From the NCBI GenBank assembly GCA_965212055.1, contig OZ243041.1, forward strand, positions 512,001 through 576,000: a DNA stretch of 64,000 nucleotides, written 5' to 3'. The number at the start of each line of letters is the position of its first letter. The stretch's first letter is position 1. This document shows positions 20,701 through 31,788 of the stretch, piece by piece. Source of the stretch: Fidelibacterota bacterium. GTDB lineage: Bacteria > Fidelibacterota > Marinisomatia > Marinisomatales > Marinisomataceae. Below the pieces are notes generated by a model that had not been told where the DNA came from, did no database searches, and saw only the letters and a program-made list of their open reading frames with translations. Both the position numbers and the translations under genes were made by a program.

Positions 20701-22776
20701 TTATTTAGGTTTATCTTTTACAAGTTTCATGCTAAAATTTAAACGACCTTGTTTATCAATTTCGAATAATTTTACTTTAACTTTGTCTCCCACTGATACC
20801 ACATCTCTTACTTTATCCACTCTTTTCCAATCTAAGTGAGAAATATGAACCAATCCTTCTCTCCCTGGGGCAAATTCGACAAATGCACCAAAATCAAGAG
20901 TTTTGGTAACTTTTCCATCAAATATAGAGCCAACTTTAGGATCTTCGGTAACTGCTTTAACTTGATTAACAGCATTATCAAGCGCTTTTCTATCTGCCGC
21001 TGACACACTAACAGTTCCGTCGTCTTCAATATTGATAACACATTCAGCGCTTTCTTGAATTGCTTTAATGTTCTTTCCTCCTGGACCAATAAGGGCTCCA
21101 ATCTTCTCTTTATCAATCTTGAAAGATTCGATCTGTGGTGCATATTGAGACAATGCATCTGGAGAGCTTATTGCTTTATTCATTTCATCTAGAATATGCA
21201 ACCTTCCCTTATTTGCTTGCTCTAACGCTATAGATAAAATTTCCATTGGAAGTCCAGGAACTTTTAAATCTAATTGGATAGCACTAATACCATCTTTAGT
21301 TCCAGCAACTTTAAAATCCATATCTCCATAGAAATCTTCAGTTCCCAAAATATCACTTAATACTGCATGATTTTCACCGTCAGTGATTAATCCCATTGCA
21401 ATACCAGCAACATGCTCTTTAATAGGCACTCCTGCGTTCATCATAGCTAATGAACCACCACAAACTGATGCCATAGAAGAAGATCCATTTGATTCTGTAA
21501 TTTCTGACACAACACGTATTGTGTATGGAAACTCCTCAGATGAAGGCAATATAGGTTTTAGCGATCTTTCTGCTAAATGACCATGGCCAATCTCTCTTCT
21601 ATTCGTGAAACCAATTCTTCCAGTTTCTCCTACACAGTAAGGAGGGAAATTATAGTGCAACATAAATGATTTTTTATAATCACTCGTCATTGAATCTATA
21701 ATCTGTTCATCTCTAGCATTACCCAAGGTAAGCGCAACGATTGATTGCGTTTCACCTCTAGTGAATAAAACAGATCCATGAACTCGAGGCAATAATGATG
21801 GGACAATACTAATTGCTCTAATATCGTCTAATCCTCTACCATCAACTCTAACTTTTTTCTCTAATACAGTTTTTCTCACTGCATTTTTAAACATAGTTTT
21901 AACATATTCTTTTACTTCAGAATATATCTTTTCATCTTCTAAATGTGGGTCTGATGCTTCTTTAACTATGTCGTTATACGCATTTTCTCTCTCTTTTTTG
22001 CCTTCGATATCAAAAAGTTTATCAATCTTTGATGAATAGGTTTTATCGAGAGATTTTTCAATCTCATCACTCAATGGTTTTGAATCATCAATTTCATAAG
22101 AATTATCAAATTGATCTTCAAATTCTAACTGTAAATCCACAATATCATTAATACCTTCCATTGCAATATCTAATGCTTCTAAAATTGTTTTTTCAGGTAC
22201 AAAGTTAGAACCACCCTCAATCATACAAATTTTATCTTTTTTACCGGTTACCATCAAATCTAAATCAGATGATTCCATTTGTTCTAGTGTAGGATTTAAA
22301 ACATATTCTCCGTCTACTAATCCTACTTTAACAGAAGCTATTGGACCATCAAATGGTACTGGTGATAATAACAATGCTGCAGAAGCACCAATTGCTGCTA
22401 CTACATCCGGTGTATTTACACCATCATAAGACATTGTGGTTAACATAATCTGTAGTTCATTTCTATAATTCTTAGGAATTAAAGGTCTAATTGGACGATC
22501 TGTTAGACGTGAAGTTAAAACTTCAGCATCTGTTGGTTTCGCCTCTCTTTTAAAGAAACCTCCGGGTATTTTTCCACCCGCATAATGTTTTTCTCTATAT
22601 TCAACCTGCATTGGAAGAAAGTTTATACCTTCTCTCGGTTCAGATGAACAACATACTGCTGCAAGCATTGCAGTGTCTCCATACGTAATAAATACGGATC
22701 CACCCGCTTGTCTTGCTATTTGGCCAGATTCAATCTTTAATAGTCTGCCAGCTATATTTTTTTCTACTTTTATCAT
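20701..22776 (-). CDS. pnp: Polyribonucleotide nucleotidyltransferase
   Basis: GKIPGGFFKRE, HYNFPP, RREIGHG, SNGSSSMASVC, GDMDFKVAG; KH and S1 domains. Confidence 0.98.
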   Translation of the reverse strand: MIKVEKNIAGRLLKIESGQIARQAGGSVFITYGDTAMLAAVCCSSEPREGINFLPMQVEYREKHYAGGKIPGGFFKREAKPTDAEVLTSRLTDRPIRPLIPKNYRNELQIMLTTMSYDGVNTPDVVAAIGASAALLLSPVPFDGPIASVKVGLVDGEYVLNPTLEQMESSDLDLMVTGKKDKICMIEGGSNFVPEKTILEALDIAMEGINDIVDLQLEFEDQFDNSYEIDDSKPLSDEIEKSLDKTYSSKIDKLFDIEGKKERENAYNDIVKEASDPHLEDEKIYSEVKEYVKTMFKNAVRKTVLEKKVRVDGRGLDDIRAISIVPSLLPRVHGSVLFTRGETQSIVALTLGNARDEQIIDSMTSDYKKSFMLHYNFPPYCVGETGRIGFTNRREIGHGHLAERSLKPILPSSEEFPYTIRVVSEITESNGSSSMASVCGGSLAMMNAGVPIKEHVAGIAMGLITDGENHAVLSDILGTEDFYGDMDFKVAGTKDGISAIQLDLKVPGLPMEILSIALEQANKGRLHILDEMNKAISSPDALSQYAPQIESFKIDKEKIGALIGPGGKNIKAIQESAECVINIEDDGTVSVSAADRKALDNAVNQVKAVTEDPKVGSIFDGKVTKTLDFGAFVEFAPGREGLVHISHLDWKRVDKVRDVVSVGDKVKVKLFEIDKQGRLNFSMKLVKDKPK

Positions 22777-22785
22777 ATTCTTTCT

Positions 22786-23055
22786 TTATAATCCTCTTAT
22801 GGATAGTTTTTCTATTAATTCATCATAACTATCACTATTCGTTTTTCTTAAATACTTTAATTGTTTTTTTCTTTGTGACACAAGTTTAACCAAACCATGT
22901 CTAGAATGAACATCTTTTTTATTATCTTTAACATGCTCAGTTAATGATCTGATACGATCAGTAAGAAGCGCTATTTGGGCTTCACTACTACCTGTGTTTT
23001 TTTCATCTAATCCAATGTCTTGGATAAGCTTATTTGTTTCTTTACTATATTTCAT
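22786..23055 (-). CDS. rpsO: 30S ribosomal protein S15
   Basis: NTGSSEAQIALLT, KDVHSRHGL, LKYL. Confidence 0.96.
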   Translation of the reverse strand: MKYSKETNKLIQDIGLDEKNTGSSEAQIALLTDRIRSLTEHVKDNKKDVHSRHGLVKLVSQRKKQLKYLRKTNSDSYDELIEKLSIRGL

Positions 23056-23995
23056 AATTCTCCTTGGAAGAATCTATCAATTTAATACATACTTCCTTGT
23101 CTTTTTCAATTTGTTTGACCAATGTTTCTTTATTGTCAAACTTCTTTTCATCTCTAATTTTTAATAAAAATTCGATATAAAAACTCTTATCATATAAGTC
23201 GCTGAATTTATTAGATAATATGTGAACTTCCATAACAAATTTTTTTTCATTAAAAGTAGGTCTAAACCCAATATTGCACATGCCAAAATATTTTTCTCCC
23301 TCTAAAGTAACCCTTGAGAAATATACTCCATCTTGAGGAAGGACTTGATGCTTATTAATTGCAACAAAATTTGCAGTAGGATAATTCAATGATTTTCCTC
23401 TATGTGAACCATGAACAACTCTTGCTTTAAATCCATAGAATCTCCCTAATAGCGATGGTACAATATCTAATTTTCCATCTCTGATTAACATTCTTATTTC
23501 TGTGCTTGAGATTATTCTATCATCAGTCTTTTTAGTCTTTGGAGTAAATAGATCAATATTCTTATCTAAACAAAATTTGACAAGAAAATCTAAGTTTCCT
23601 TCTTTCTTAAAACCAAAGTAATGGTTTTCTCCAACAGCAATTAATTTAGGATTAAATGTTTTGCTAATGATTCCATCTGCAAAATCAGCAGCAGTGACTT
23701 TTGAAAATTTTTCTGTAAAAGGTATAACAAGTACTTTATCAACACCCATTTTTTCTAATGCTTTTAATTTTGATTCCGTACTTTGAATGTTGATTGGACT
23801 GCCTTCATCTCTTAGGATATAATATGGATTTGGATCAAATGTAATAACACATGACGGAATTGCATTCTTTTTACCAAATGCAACGATATAATTGATAACA
23901 TCTTGATGACCTAAATGAATACCATCATAGTTTCCAACAGTAAGAACCGACGATTTAAGTGGTTCTAAATCTTTAAGCGATTTTATAACTTCCAT
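23045..23995 (-). CDS. ribF: Riboflavin kinase/FAD synthetase
   Basis: GNYDGIHLGH, ISSTEIR, YPTAN, NIGFRPTF, IRDEKKF. Confidence 0.96.
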   Translation of the reverse strand: MEVIKSLKDLEPLKSSVLTVGNYDGIHLGHQDVINYIVAFGKKNAIPSCVITFDPNPYYILRDEGSPINIQSTESKLKALEKMGVDKVLVIPFTEKFSKVTAADFADGIISKTFNPKLIAVGENHYFGFKKEGNLDFLVKFCLDKNIDLFTPKTKKTDDRIISSTEIRMLIRDGKLDIVPSLLGRFYGFKARVVHGSHRGKSLNYPTANFVAINKHQVLPQDGVYFSRVTLEGEKYFGMCNIGFRPTFNEKKFVMEVHILSNKFSDLYDKSFYIEFLLKIRDEKKFDNKETLVKQIEKDKEVCIKLIDSSKENYEI

Positions 23996-24624
23996 TTTTC
24001 TTCAAATTTTTCTACTGTGATCGATTCTTTTATCTCGAAAGGACCTACTTTTGTTCTTGTTAACTCAACTAGATGTCCTACAGTCCCAATTTGTGAGCAA
24101 ATATCTTCAGCTAAAACTCTAATATATGTTCCTGAAGAACATTTAACTTCTATTGCTAGCATGTCCTTATCATGTAAAGAACAGTGCAGATCTTTGATTT
24201 CAATCTCTTTTGGATTCCTGTCTACAGAGATATTTTTTCGAGCTAGTTTATAAAGACGAACTCCATTGATTTTTCTTGCAGAATACATAGGAGGTTTCTG
24301 CATATGTTTTCCAATAAACGACTTAGCCAGTGCATCCAAATCAATATCCTTAATCTCTGGAATATCTTTTTTCTCTATAACGGTCCCTGTAAGGTCTTTT
24401 GTATCAGTCTTCTCCCCTAATTTTATAAGTCCTCTATACCTCTTATCATATTCTATAATCTCTGATAATTTCTTTGTTGATTTTCCGATACCTAATATCA
24501 ATACTCCATCAGCAAATGGATCTAAAGTTCCAGAATGTCCAACTTTTTCGGATGTAATTTTTTTTACTTGTTTGACTATGCTAAATGAAGTATAGCTTTT
24601 TGGTTTATAAAGATTGTATATCAC
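23983..24624 (-). CDS. truB: tRNA pseudouridine(55) synthase (short form, no PUA domain)
   Basis: KVGHSGTLDP, PPMYSA, CSSGTYIR, LTRT. Confidence 0.95.
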   Translation of the reverse strand: MIYNLYKPKSYTSFSIVKQVKKITSEKVGHSGTLDPFADGVLILGIGKSTKKLSEIIEYDKRYRGLIKLGEKTDTKDLTGTVIEKKDIPEIKDIDLDALAKSFIGKHMQKPPMYSARKINGVRLYKLARKNISVDRNPKEIEIKDLHCSLHDKDMLAIEVKCSSGTYIRVLAEDICSQIGTVGHLVELTRTKVGPFEIKESITVEKFEEKWKL

Positions 24625-24625
24625 T

Positions 24626-24973
24626 TTAATTAATTTTATTTATCAGGTTATTTATTTTCTCAAACTCCTCAAAAGAATTATCATATATAAATTTTAACGT
24701 AGGGGTAAATTTTAATCTAATCTGTGCTGCAACATGTTTACGAAAAAGTGGTACCATATTGTTTAATTCTGTATTAATTAATTCAATTTCTTTCGTAGGA
24801 TTGATGATGCTATAAAATATGTTAGCATGTTTTAAATCTGCAGTCATCTTGATAGAAGAAAATGTTAAAAAACCATACTTCCGTAAATCAATATCTTTAG
24901 ATAAAATTTGATTCACAATTTTTAAGAGTTCTTGTTCAACTCTTTCTACTCTAGAAAATGGTTTTATATTCAC
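24626..24973 (-). CDS. rbfA: Ribosome-binding factor A
   Basis: RVERV, MTADLKHA, LKFTPTLKFIYD; between infB and truB. Confidence 0.9.
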   Translation of the reverse strand: MNIKPFSRVERVEQELLKIVNQILSKDIDLRKYGFLTFSSIKMTADLKHANIFYSIINPTKEIELINTELNNMVPLFRKHVAAQIRLKFTPTLKFIYDNSFEEFEKINNLINKIN

Positions 24974-24975
24974 GT

Positions 24976-27288
24976 TTAAGATAGTTTTCTTTTAATCTCA
25001 TTAATCTTGTATGCAATGATCTTATCTCCAGGAAGATATTTCTTTATTCCCTCAATCGCTATACCACACTCTAACCCTGTTTCAACAGTACTTACATCAT
25101 CTTTAAAACGTTTAAGTGATAGAATTTTCCCATCTTTAATAATTTCTTCTTCTTCTCTAACAAGTTTAACGAGAGAATCTCTAGTAATTGTACCGCTCTC
25201 TACTTGAGATCCTGCAATAAAGCCAATTTTTGGAATTTTAAATGTTTCTTTGACGATTGCTTCTCCAACGATTTCTTCAACAAGATCTGGTTTTAACAGT
25301 CCTTCTACCGCTAATTTTAGATCTTCTACAGCTTGATAAATAATATTATAAGACCTTATCTCAACATTGCTTTGATCTGCCTGTAATCGCGTATTTGAAG
25401 GTGTCTGTACATTAAACGCTAAAATAACAGCATTAGATGCTTCTCCAAGCAATACGTCTGATTCTGTAACATTTCCAACACCTTTGTGAACAATGTCTAC
25501 ACCAACTTCATCATGTTTTATTTTCTCCAAACTCTCACCCAACGCTTCAATAGATCCATCAGAATCAGCTTTAATAATGATATTTAAATTATTTACATCC
25601 CCTTCTTTAATTTGAGCTGAAATAGAATCTAGAGTATTCTTCTTTACTGTTGAAAATTCAATTTCTCTTTTAATTCTTTGTCTTTCATTTGCAATTTTCT
25701 TTAAATCAGATTCATTTTCAACTTCTGCAAAAATATCTCCAGATTGAGGAACTTGATCAAATCCAAGTACTTGCACTGCATCTGAGGGTTCTGCTGATTG
25801 AATACGATCATTTCTTTCATTCATAATTGCTCGTACTTTTCCTGGAAAATTATTACATATAAATGGTATTCCAATCTTTAGAGTACCTTTCTTAACTAAT
25901 ACTGTAGCAATAGGCCCTAATCCTTTGTCTAATCTGGAATCAATCACAATTCCTTTAGATAAAATTTCTGTATTTGCTTTTAGATCTAAAACTTCAGATT
26001 CCAATAAAATAGCCTCCATTAGCCCTTCAATTCCTTCTCCTGTTTTCGCAGAAGTATTAATAGACTGTATTTTTCCGCCCCAATCTTCTACAAGAACATC
26101 TTTCTCCGATAATTCTCTTTTTACTTTTTCAATGTCTGCTTCTGGTTTATCAACCTTATTAATTGCAACAATAATTGGAACTTCAGCTGCTTTGGCATGA
26201 TTAATTGCTTCAATAGTTTGTGGCATAACGCTATCATCTGCTGCTACTACAAGAATAACAATATCAGTAGATTTTGCTCCTCTAGCTCTCATTGAAGTAA
26301 ATGCTTCATGTCCTGGAGTATCTAAAAATGTAATTTTATTATCTTTATAATCAACTTGATATGCACCAATTCTTTGGGTAATTCCTCCAGACTCACCTGC
26401 TACTACATTTGTTTCTCTGATATGATCTAAGATAGATGTTTTACCATGATCTACATGACCCATGATAGTAACAACTGAAGGACGACTAATAGCATTCTTT
26501 AATTCTTCATCAGAATGTGCTGTAACAAACAAATCATCAACCACTTCTTCAAATCTTTTTAGCTCACAACCATACTCTTCTGCAATAAGTTCAATAATTT
26601 CCCATTCTAGTCTTTGATTCACGGTTGCTAGATAACCCATTTGTAAACATTTTGCAATAATTTCACTTGAATTAACATCAAGTACTTTAGCAATTTCATC
26701 TACGCTAGCATATTCTGCCAACTCTATAACTCTCTTACCGTCTGTTGCATCTACTTCTACTTCTTTTTTAGTCTTTTTATAAGATTTTTTCTTACGGCTT
26801 GTATCAATCTCTGCTAATGTTTGTTTTAATCTTTTTTCTGCAGATGTATCAGTTTTTACTGTAGTTTTTTTAGTTTTCTTTTCTTTTCTAGGAGAGAGTT
26901 CTGTTAACGTAATTTTCCTAAGTTTCTTTTTTGGTTCAACTTTCTTTGATGTTTTCTTTTCTTCTTTATCTGTTTTTTTCTCTGCTTCTTTTTTCTCTTC
27001 TTCTTTTTTCTCATCTTTAACAGATAGAATCTTAAATTCCTTAATAGATTTGGTCTCCATTACTATTTTAGAGTCATGAATTTCCTTTCTAACTTGTTCT
27101 TTTCTATCTCTCTCTGCAGATTGTCTATCTTTGGCAAATTCAGTATAAATTAATTGTTGAGTTTTCCCATCTACTGGTGACATTGGACTCGTGGCTGATA
27201 TTTTATTTTCCTTTAGAAACTCTATTATATCAGTATGAGATATGTTTAATTCTTTCGCTAAATCAAAAACTTTTTTTGAATCGCTCAT
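24976..27288 (-). CDS. infB: Translation initiation factor IF-2
   Basis: [41 protein letters not shown]. Confidence 0.98.
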   Translation of the reverse strand: MSDSKKVFDLAKELNISHTDIIEFLKENKISATSPMSPVDGKTQQLIYTEFAKDRQSAERDRKEQVRKEIHDSKIVMETKSIKEFKILSVKDEKKEEEKKEAEKKTDKEEKKTSKKVEPKKKLRKITLTELSPRKEKKTKKTTVKTDTSAEKRLKQTLAEIDTSRKKKSYKKTKKEVEVDATDGKRVIELAEYASVDEIAKVLDVNSSEIIAKCLQMGYLATVNQRLEWEIIELIAEEYGCELKRFEEVVDDLFVTAHSDEELKNAISRPSVVTIMGHVDHGKTSILDHIRETNVVAGESGGITQRIGAYQVDYKDNKITFLDTPGHEAFTSMRARGAKSTDIVILVVAADDSVMPQTIEAINHAKAAEVPIIVAINKVDKPEADIEKVKRELSEKDVLVEDWGGKIQSINTSAKTGEGIEGLMEAILLESEVLDLKANTEILSKGIVIDSRLDKGLGPIATVLVKKGTLKIGIPFICNNFPGKVRAIMNERNDRIQSAEPSDAVQVLGFDQVPQSGDIFAEVENESDLKKIANERQRIKREIEFSTVKKNTLDSISAQIKEGDVNNLNIIIKADSDGSIEALGESLEKIKHDEVGVDIVHKGVGNVTESDVLLGEASNAVILAFNVQTPSNTRLQADQSNVEIRSYNIIYQAVEDLKLAVEGLLKPDLVEEIVGEAIVKETFKIPKIGFIAGSQVESGTITRDSLVKLVREEEEIIKDGKILSLKRFKDDVSTVETGLECGIAIEGIKKYLPGDKIIAYKINEIKRKLS

Positions 27289-28812
27289 TAATTATTTTCC
27301 TCTTCCTCAACTGGAGCTTCTTCTGCAACTTCTTCCTCAACTGGAGCTTCTTCTTCGGCTGGAGCTTCTTCTGCAACTTCTTCCTCAACTGGAGCTTCTT
27401 CTGCAACTTCTTCCTCAACTGGAGCTTCTTCTTCGGCTGGAGCTTCTTCTGCAACTTCTTCCTCAACTGGAGCTTCTTCTTCGGCTGGAGCTTCTTCTGC
27501 AACTTGGAGCTTCTTCTGCAACTGGAGCTTCTTCTTCTTCCTCAACTGGAGCTTCTTCAGGTTTATTTAGATCTATAAATTTATCTACTGCAACACTTAT
27601 AGAATTTATTTCATCAACAGATAACTCTAATTCATCAACAAGGACTTTTTTCTTGGCTGACAAATAATCTGCTACTGAAACAATATCAACTCCTGCAAGC
27701 TTCTTAATTACTGCTTTTTTAATACCTTTTAGACTATCTAAGTCAGTTTTCTGATTTAATAATACTTCCTCATATTCTTTCTCAGTGTATGCATCAATAG
27801 TGTATTCGGTCAATTTTGCTGCTAGATTAATATTAACACCACTTCTACCAACTGCACTTTCAAGTTCTCCCTCATTGAAAATAGCAATACAATATTTTCT
27901 ATCATCATCTATGTATAAATCAATTGGTTTTGCTGGAGAGAGTGCTCTTGTAATAAAGATTTCAGATCTTTCAGTAAAATTAACGATATCAATTTTTTCG
28001 TTATTTAATTCTCTAACGATTGCTTGAATACGACTTCCTCTCATTCCAACACAAGCTCCTACCGCATCAATTCTCTTGTCAATAGAATGAACAATAATCT
28101 TACTTCTTTCTCCAGGTTTTCTTGCAATCCCTTTAATTTCAATAATTCCATCTTCAATTTCTGGAACTTCCATTTCAAATAATTTATATAGGAATAAATC
28201 ATCGCTTCTTGAAATAATAATATCTGGTCCTTTAGGCGTTACGTCAACAGACTTAATCAGAGCTCTAATAGTATCCCCTCTTCTAAATCTTTCTGAAAAT
28301 ATTTGTTCAGTACGTGGCATTCGTAGTTCAGTGTGCTCAATATTAACAAAGGTATTCTCTCTATGAACTTGATGGACGGTTCCTATAACAACTTCCCCAA
28401 TTCTTTGGATGTAATCTTCGTATATATATTGTTGTTGTACTTCTCTTGTTCTTTTATTTAAGAATTGTCTAGCATTTGAGATTAATCTTCTACCAAACCT
28501 TGCAGGATCAATTACTTCGACAAAAGTATCTCCAAGCTTTAAATCAGATAATTCTGGTTCAAGCTCTAAGGCTCTCTCAAGAGTAATATCAAAATGATCG
28601 TCATCGACATGATCAACAATTGTTTTTTCAACATAAATTTCTATCTCACCCTTATCAAGATTGACAATAACACTGCAATTCTCTGAATCCCCTGTTTCTT
28701 TATCGATAATAAATAAAAACAAGTCTTCAATTATCGTTCCTAATTCAGAACGTTCAATATTTTTCTCTCGAGCAAGCTCAATAAAAATGTCAATCAAATC
28801 TCTATTTATCAT
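27288..28812 (-). CDS. nusA: Transcription factor NusA with acidic repeat tail (1-nt frameshift at ~27504)
   Basis: LFEMEVPEI, ARKPGERSKI, GACVGMRGSRI, EKIDIV; removing one T at 27504/5 joins the EEAPVEEE tail, whose TAA overlaps the infB ATG. Confidence 0.93.
27299..27560 (-). repeat. Coding tandem repeat (EEAP[V/A]EEE[VA]) in the NusA C-terminus
   Basis: Repeated CTGGAGCTTCTTC / GCAACTTCTTCCTCAA units on the + strand. Confidence 0.92.
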
Positions 28813-28835
28813 ATACCATCCTTATTTTTTACTAT

Positions 28836-28860
28836 AACAAAAATGGGCCGTAGCCCACTC
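28836..28860 (-). promoter_or_regulatory. nusA-operon leader hairpin/attenuator (rimP-leader type)
   Basis: - strand GAGTGGGC-TACG-GCCCATTTTTGTT with cUACGg loop and weak U tract, ~25 nt before the nusA start. Confidence 0.7.
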
Positions 28861-28908
28861 AAAATACCATTGGAATATATTTATTAAAATTCGTTTAAAC
28901 AAGAAAAC

Positions 28909-29628
28909 TTAGCTGAGCATCCACAGCAATGCTATAACAGCAACTGCTGCTATACCTACCCACGTCCATGTACCAATGCCACTGCCATCAGATGTTGCTT
29001 CTTCTGCACCATGTCCATCTGCCATTGATGATGCCATCCCATATGTATGCTCAAACATTTCTTTATAAGCGTTATTTTCAAGTTCAATAGCGTCTAGGAT
29101 TTCTAGCGCTTCTTCTTTATTGTTATCATTAATCATACGTTTTGCTTTAAGAATAGAGATATAATTTTTCTCGGTTTGAGAAATGGTAGCTTTTTGTGCT
29201 GAATTAAGAAGATGCATTGCTTTTTTGGAATCTGTTTCCATATGTGCTAACATGATATATGCTTCTGTTTTCAGGTTTGGGTACTCAAGATTTTTTACTG
29301 ATTCTTTGAGAAGAGTAGAGGCTTTATCAGTATCATTATTAATAAATGCAATTCTTCCAAGATAAAACTTGGCATGATCGGCTGATTTGGTTCCACTATA
29401 GTCCTCTACTATCATCGATAATTGAAGCTCTGAATTATCAAAATCTCCTCTTTCAAGATGCACTAGTGAATTACTAAGTTGTTCATGTGCTTCTAACTCT
29501 TTTTTATCTACTGATGAAGTCCAGATGACTCCCGAAACAAATCCTACTACAACACTGACTAGAAATATGTTTATAGTTCTTTTATTGTCTTTATAGTAGG
29601 CACTAATTTGTTTTAAATAATTTTCCAT
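28909..29628 (-). CDS. YfgM-like TPR membrane protein with extra C-terminal TM tail
   Basis: N-terminal TM; IVEDYSGTKSADHAKFYLG TPR pattern; tail GIGTWTWVGIAAVAVIALLWMLS. Confidence 0.7.
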   Translation of the reverse strand: MENYLKQISAYYKDNKRTINIFLVSVVVGFVSGVIWTSSVDKKELEAHEQLSNSLVHLERGDFDNSELQLSMIVEDYSGTKSADHAKFYLGRIAFINNDTDKASTLLKESVKNLEYPNLKTEAYIMLAHMETDSKKAMHLLNSAQKATISQTEKNYISILKAKRMINDNNKEEALEILDAIELENNAYKEMFEHTYGMASSMADGHGAEEATSDGSGIGTWTWVGIAAVAVIALLWMLS

Positions 29629-29633
29629 TATCG

Positions 29634-30706
29634 TTATTTCCAATAATTAAATAATTGATATAGTTTTGGTTTAATTTTAGATGACAATTTACTACTAGAA
29701 ACGGTTTTCGTAACATCTTTTCTTAGTTCTTTTTGTGTCTGTATATCTAATTGTGCAAAATCCTTACAGTCCTCTGAACAACAGCCATTATATGTTGTTT
29801 TACAATTATCACATTGAATAAATAGAATATGACATGCATCGTTTGCACAATTCGTATGTGAATCTGCTTTGTGTCCACATTGATGACACTTTCCAATTAT
29901 ATGGTTAGTGACCTTTTCTCCTAGACGATTATCAAATACAAAATTTTTGCCTATAAATTTTGATGGAAGGTTCTCTTTTTTAATATCATGTGCATATTGA
30001 ACAATTCCACCATCAAGTTGGTATACTTCTTTAAATCCTTGTTTTAGAAGGTAAGAACTCGCTTTCTCACATCGAATACCCCCTGTACAGTATAAATGAA
30101 GTTTTTTATCCTTTTTATCGGCTAATAATTGTGCTACTTCAGGAAGCAATTCTTTTGAACGGTCTACATCTGGTGTAATTGCCCCTTCAAACTTTCCTAC
30201 TTCGCTTTCGTAATAATTACGAATATCTACTACAATAGCATCCTTTTGATCAATAGAGGCGTTAAATTCTTGTGCTGACAAGTGTTTCCCCACTTTATTC
30301 ATATCATAGGTATCTTTTGGTAGATTGTATGCAACAATTTCTTCTTTTACCTTAATAGTCAATTTTAGGAACGATAATCCTTCTTGGACTGCTTTTTTAA
30401 GCTTCATTCCCTTCAAAATAGATGATGTATCGATATAATCCTTAAAACTGTCCCATTTATGGTCAGGAACGCTAATTTGGGCATTAATTCCCTCTTCAGC
30501 GACATATACCCTCCCTAAAATCTTTAAATCGGATAAATCTTGATATAATTGATTTCGTAATCCTTCTGGATTATCAATTGCACAATATCGATAAAAAGAA
30601 CACGTAATACGTTGAAAGATTCTTTATCTAAATCTTTTCTTAACTCAAATTTTGATTCTTTATCTAAATCTTTTCTTAATTCAAATTTTGATTTTTTGTT
30701 AAACAT
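29634..30706 (-). CDS. trhO: Rhodanese-domain tRNA U34 hydroxylase TrhO/YceA (frameshift at ~30615 and 36-nt duplication as assembled)
   Basis: SFYRY, LGRVYVAEEGINAQISVP (read upstream of the ORF-track start), DIRNYYESEVGKF, YCTGGIRCEKAS, GKNFVFDNR, HTNCAN. Confidence 0.88.
30618..30689. repeat. 36-nt tandem duplication, 2 copies, 1 synonymous mismatch
   Basis: GATTCTTTATCTAAATCTTTTCTTAA(C/T)TCAAATTTT twice; encodes SKFELRKDLDKE twice. Confidence 0.95.
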
Positions 30707-30746
30707 GATTGGATTTTAATAGAAAAAGGATTGGTTATCAATCATT

Positions 30747-31706
30747 TTAAAGAACACTTTTAACATCGTGTAATTTGTTAGTATTCCCTTTATATAGCGC
30801 ATATTGGAATCCTTTCTGGATAGATGCATACCCAATACTTCCATCTTTTCCTAATGCAATATATCCAACTTGTAACTTGGTTTTACCGCCTTCTTGTTTA
30901 ATAATACGATCAACTGCTTCCTTACAAGCTTCCATGGCAGAATACCCGTGGCGCATTAATTCTACTACTAAAAAACTACCACATGTTTTAATTACCAATT
31001 CTCCAACACCAGTTGCACCTGCAACCCCTACTTCATTATCAACATACATTCCTGCACCAATAATTGGGCTATCTCCTACACGTCCATGTAATTTATAAGC
31101 TAAGCCGCTTGTCGTACATGCGCCTGATAAATTGCCTTCATTATCTTGTGCTAATGAAGTAATGGTATCATGATCATCATTTGGTCCCCACGAATCTTTA
31201 ATATTGTTGTTTTTCTTCCATTCTAACCATCCTTTTTTTGATTTTTCAGTTAGAAGGTTTTCTTTTTTGAATCCATTTTCTAATGCAAACTTCAAGGCAC
31301 CTTTGCCTGCTAACATTACATGATCTGTTTTTTCCATTACTTTTCTTGCAACAGAAATTGGATGTTTAATATTTTGTAAAAACGCAACAGCGCCTGCATT
31401 CCCATCCGAATCCATGATACATGCATCTAAAGTAACATTTCCTTCTCGATCAGGTCTTCCGCCTAATCCAACAGATTGATTCTCAGCATCTGCTTCGGTC
31501 ACTTGGACACCTGCTTCTACTGCATCTAATGCCGAACCATTCTTTTTTAATATTTTCATTGATACTTCATTGGCCGGCATTCCATGAGACCATGTTGAGA
31601 TTACAATAGGGTTATTCTTATTTACTTTCATATTCTTATTCCCCGCTAAAAGAATAGGGCTTGCTAATCCAGCTGCTCCTACTTTGATAAAATTTCTTCT
31701 TTTCAT
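30747..31706 (-). CDS. N4-(beta-N-acetylglucosaminyl)-L-asparaginase (Ntn hydrolase), Tat-exported
   Basis: KRRNFIK Tat motif; VTLDACIMD, HDTI, TTSG..GRVGDSPIIGAG, ATGVGE. Confidence 0.92.
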   Translation of the reverse strand: MKRRNFIKVGAAGLASPILLAGNKNMKVNKNNPIVISTWSHGMPANEVSMKILKKNGSALDAVEAGVQVTEADAENQSVGLGGRPDREGNVTLDACIMDSDGNAGAVAFLQNIKHPISVARKVMEKTDHVMLAGKGALKFALENGFKKENLLTEKSKKGWLEWKKNNNIKDSWGPNDDHDTITSLAQDNEGNLSGACTTSGLAYKLHGRVGDSPIIGAGMYVDNEVGVAGATGVGELVIKTCGSFLVVELMRHGYSAMEACKEAVDRIIKQEGGKTKLQVGYIALGKDGSIGYASIQKGFQYALYKGNTNKLHDVKSVL

Positions 31707-31722
31707 AACATCATAATTTAGG

Positions 31723-31762
31723 AAAAAAAAGAGCCTACCAACTATACAATTGATAGGCTCTC
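31723..31762 (-). terminator. Intrinsic terminator
   Basis: GAGCCTA...TAGGCTC stem followed by T8 on the - strand. Confidence 0.75.
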
Positions 31763-31788
31763 TATAATCAAAATAAGATTAATTTAAA

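Noticed and set aside
27299..27560. CRISPR array or non-coding repeat
   Set aside because: No unique spacers; units are codon multiples encoding the NusA acidic tail; no cas genes.
27177..27667. ORFs on other frames and strands over the nusA repeat
   Set aside because: Shadow frames kept open by the low-complexity repeat.
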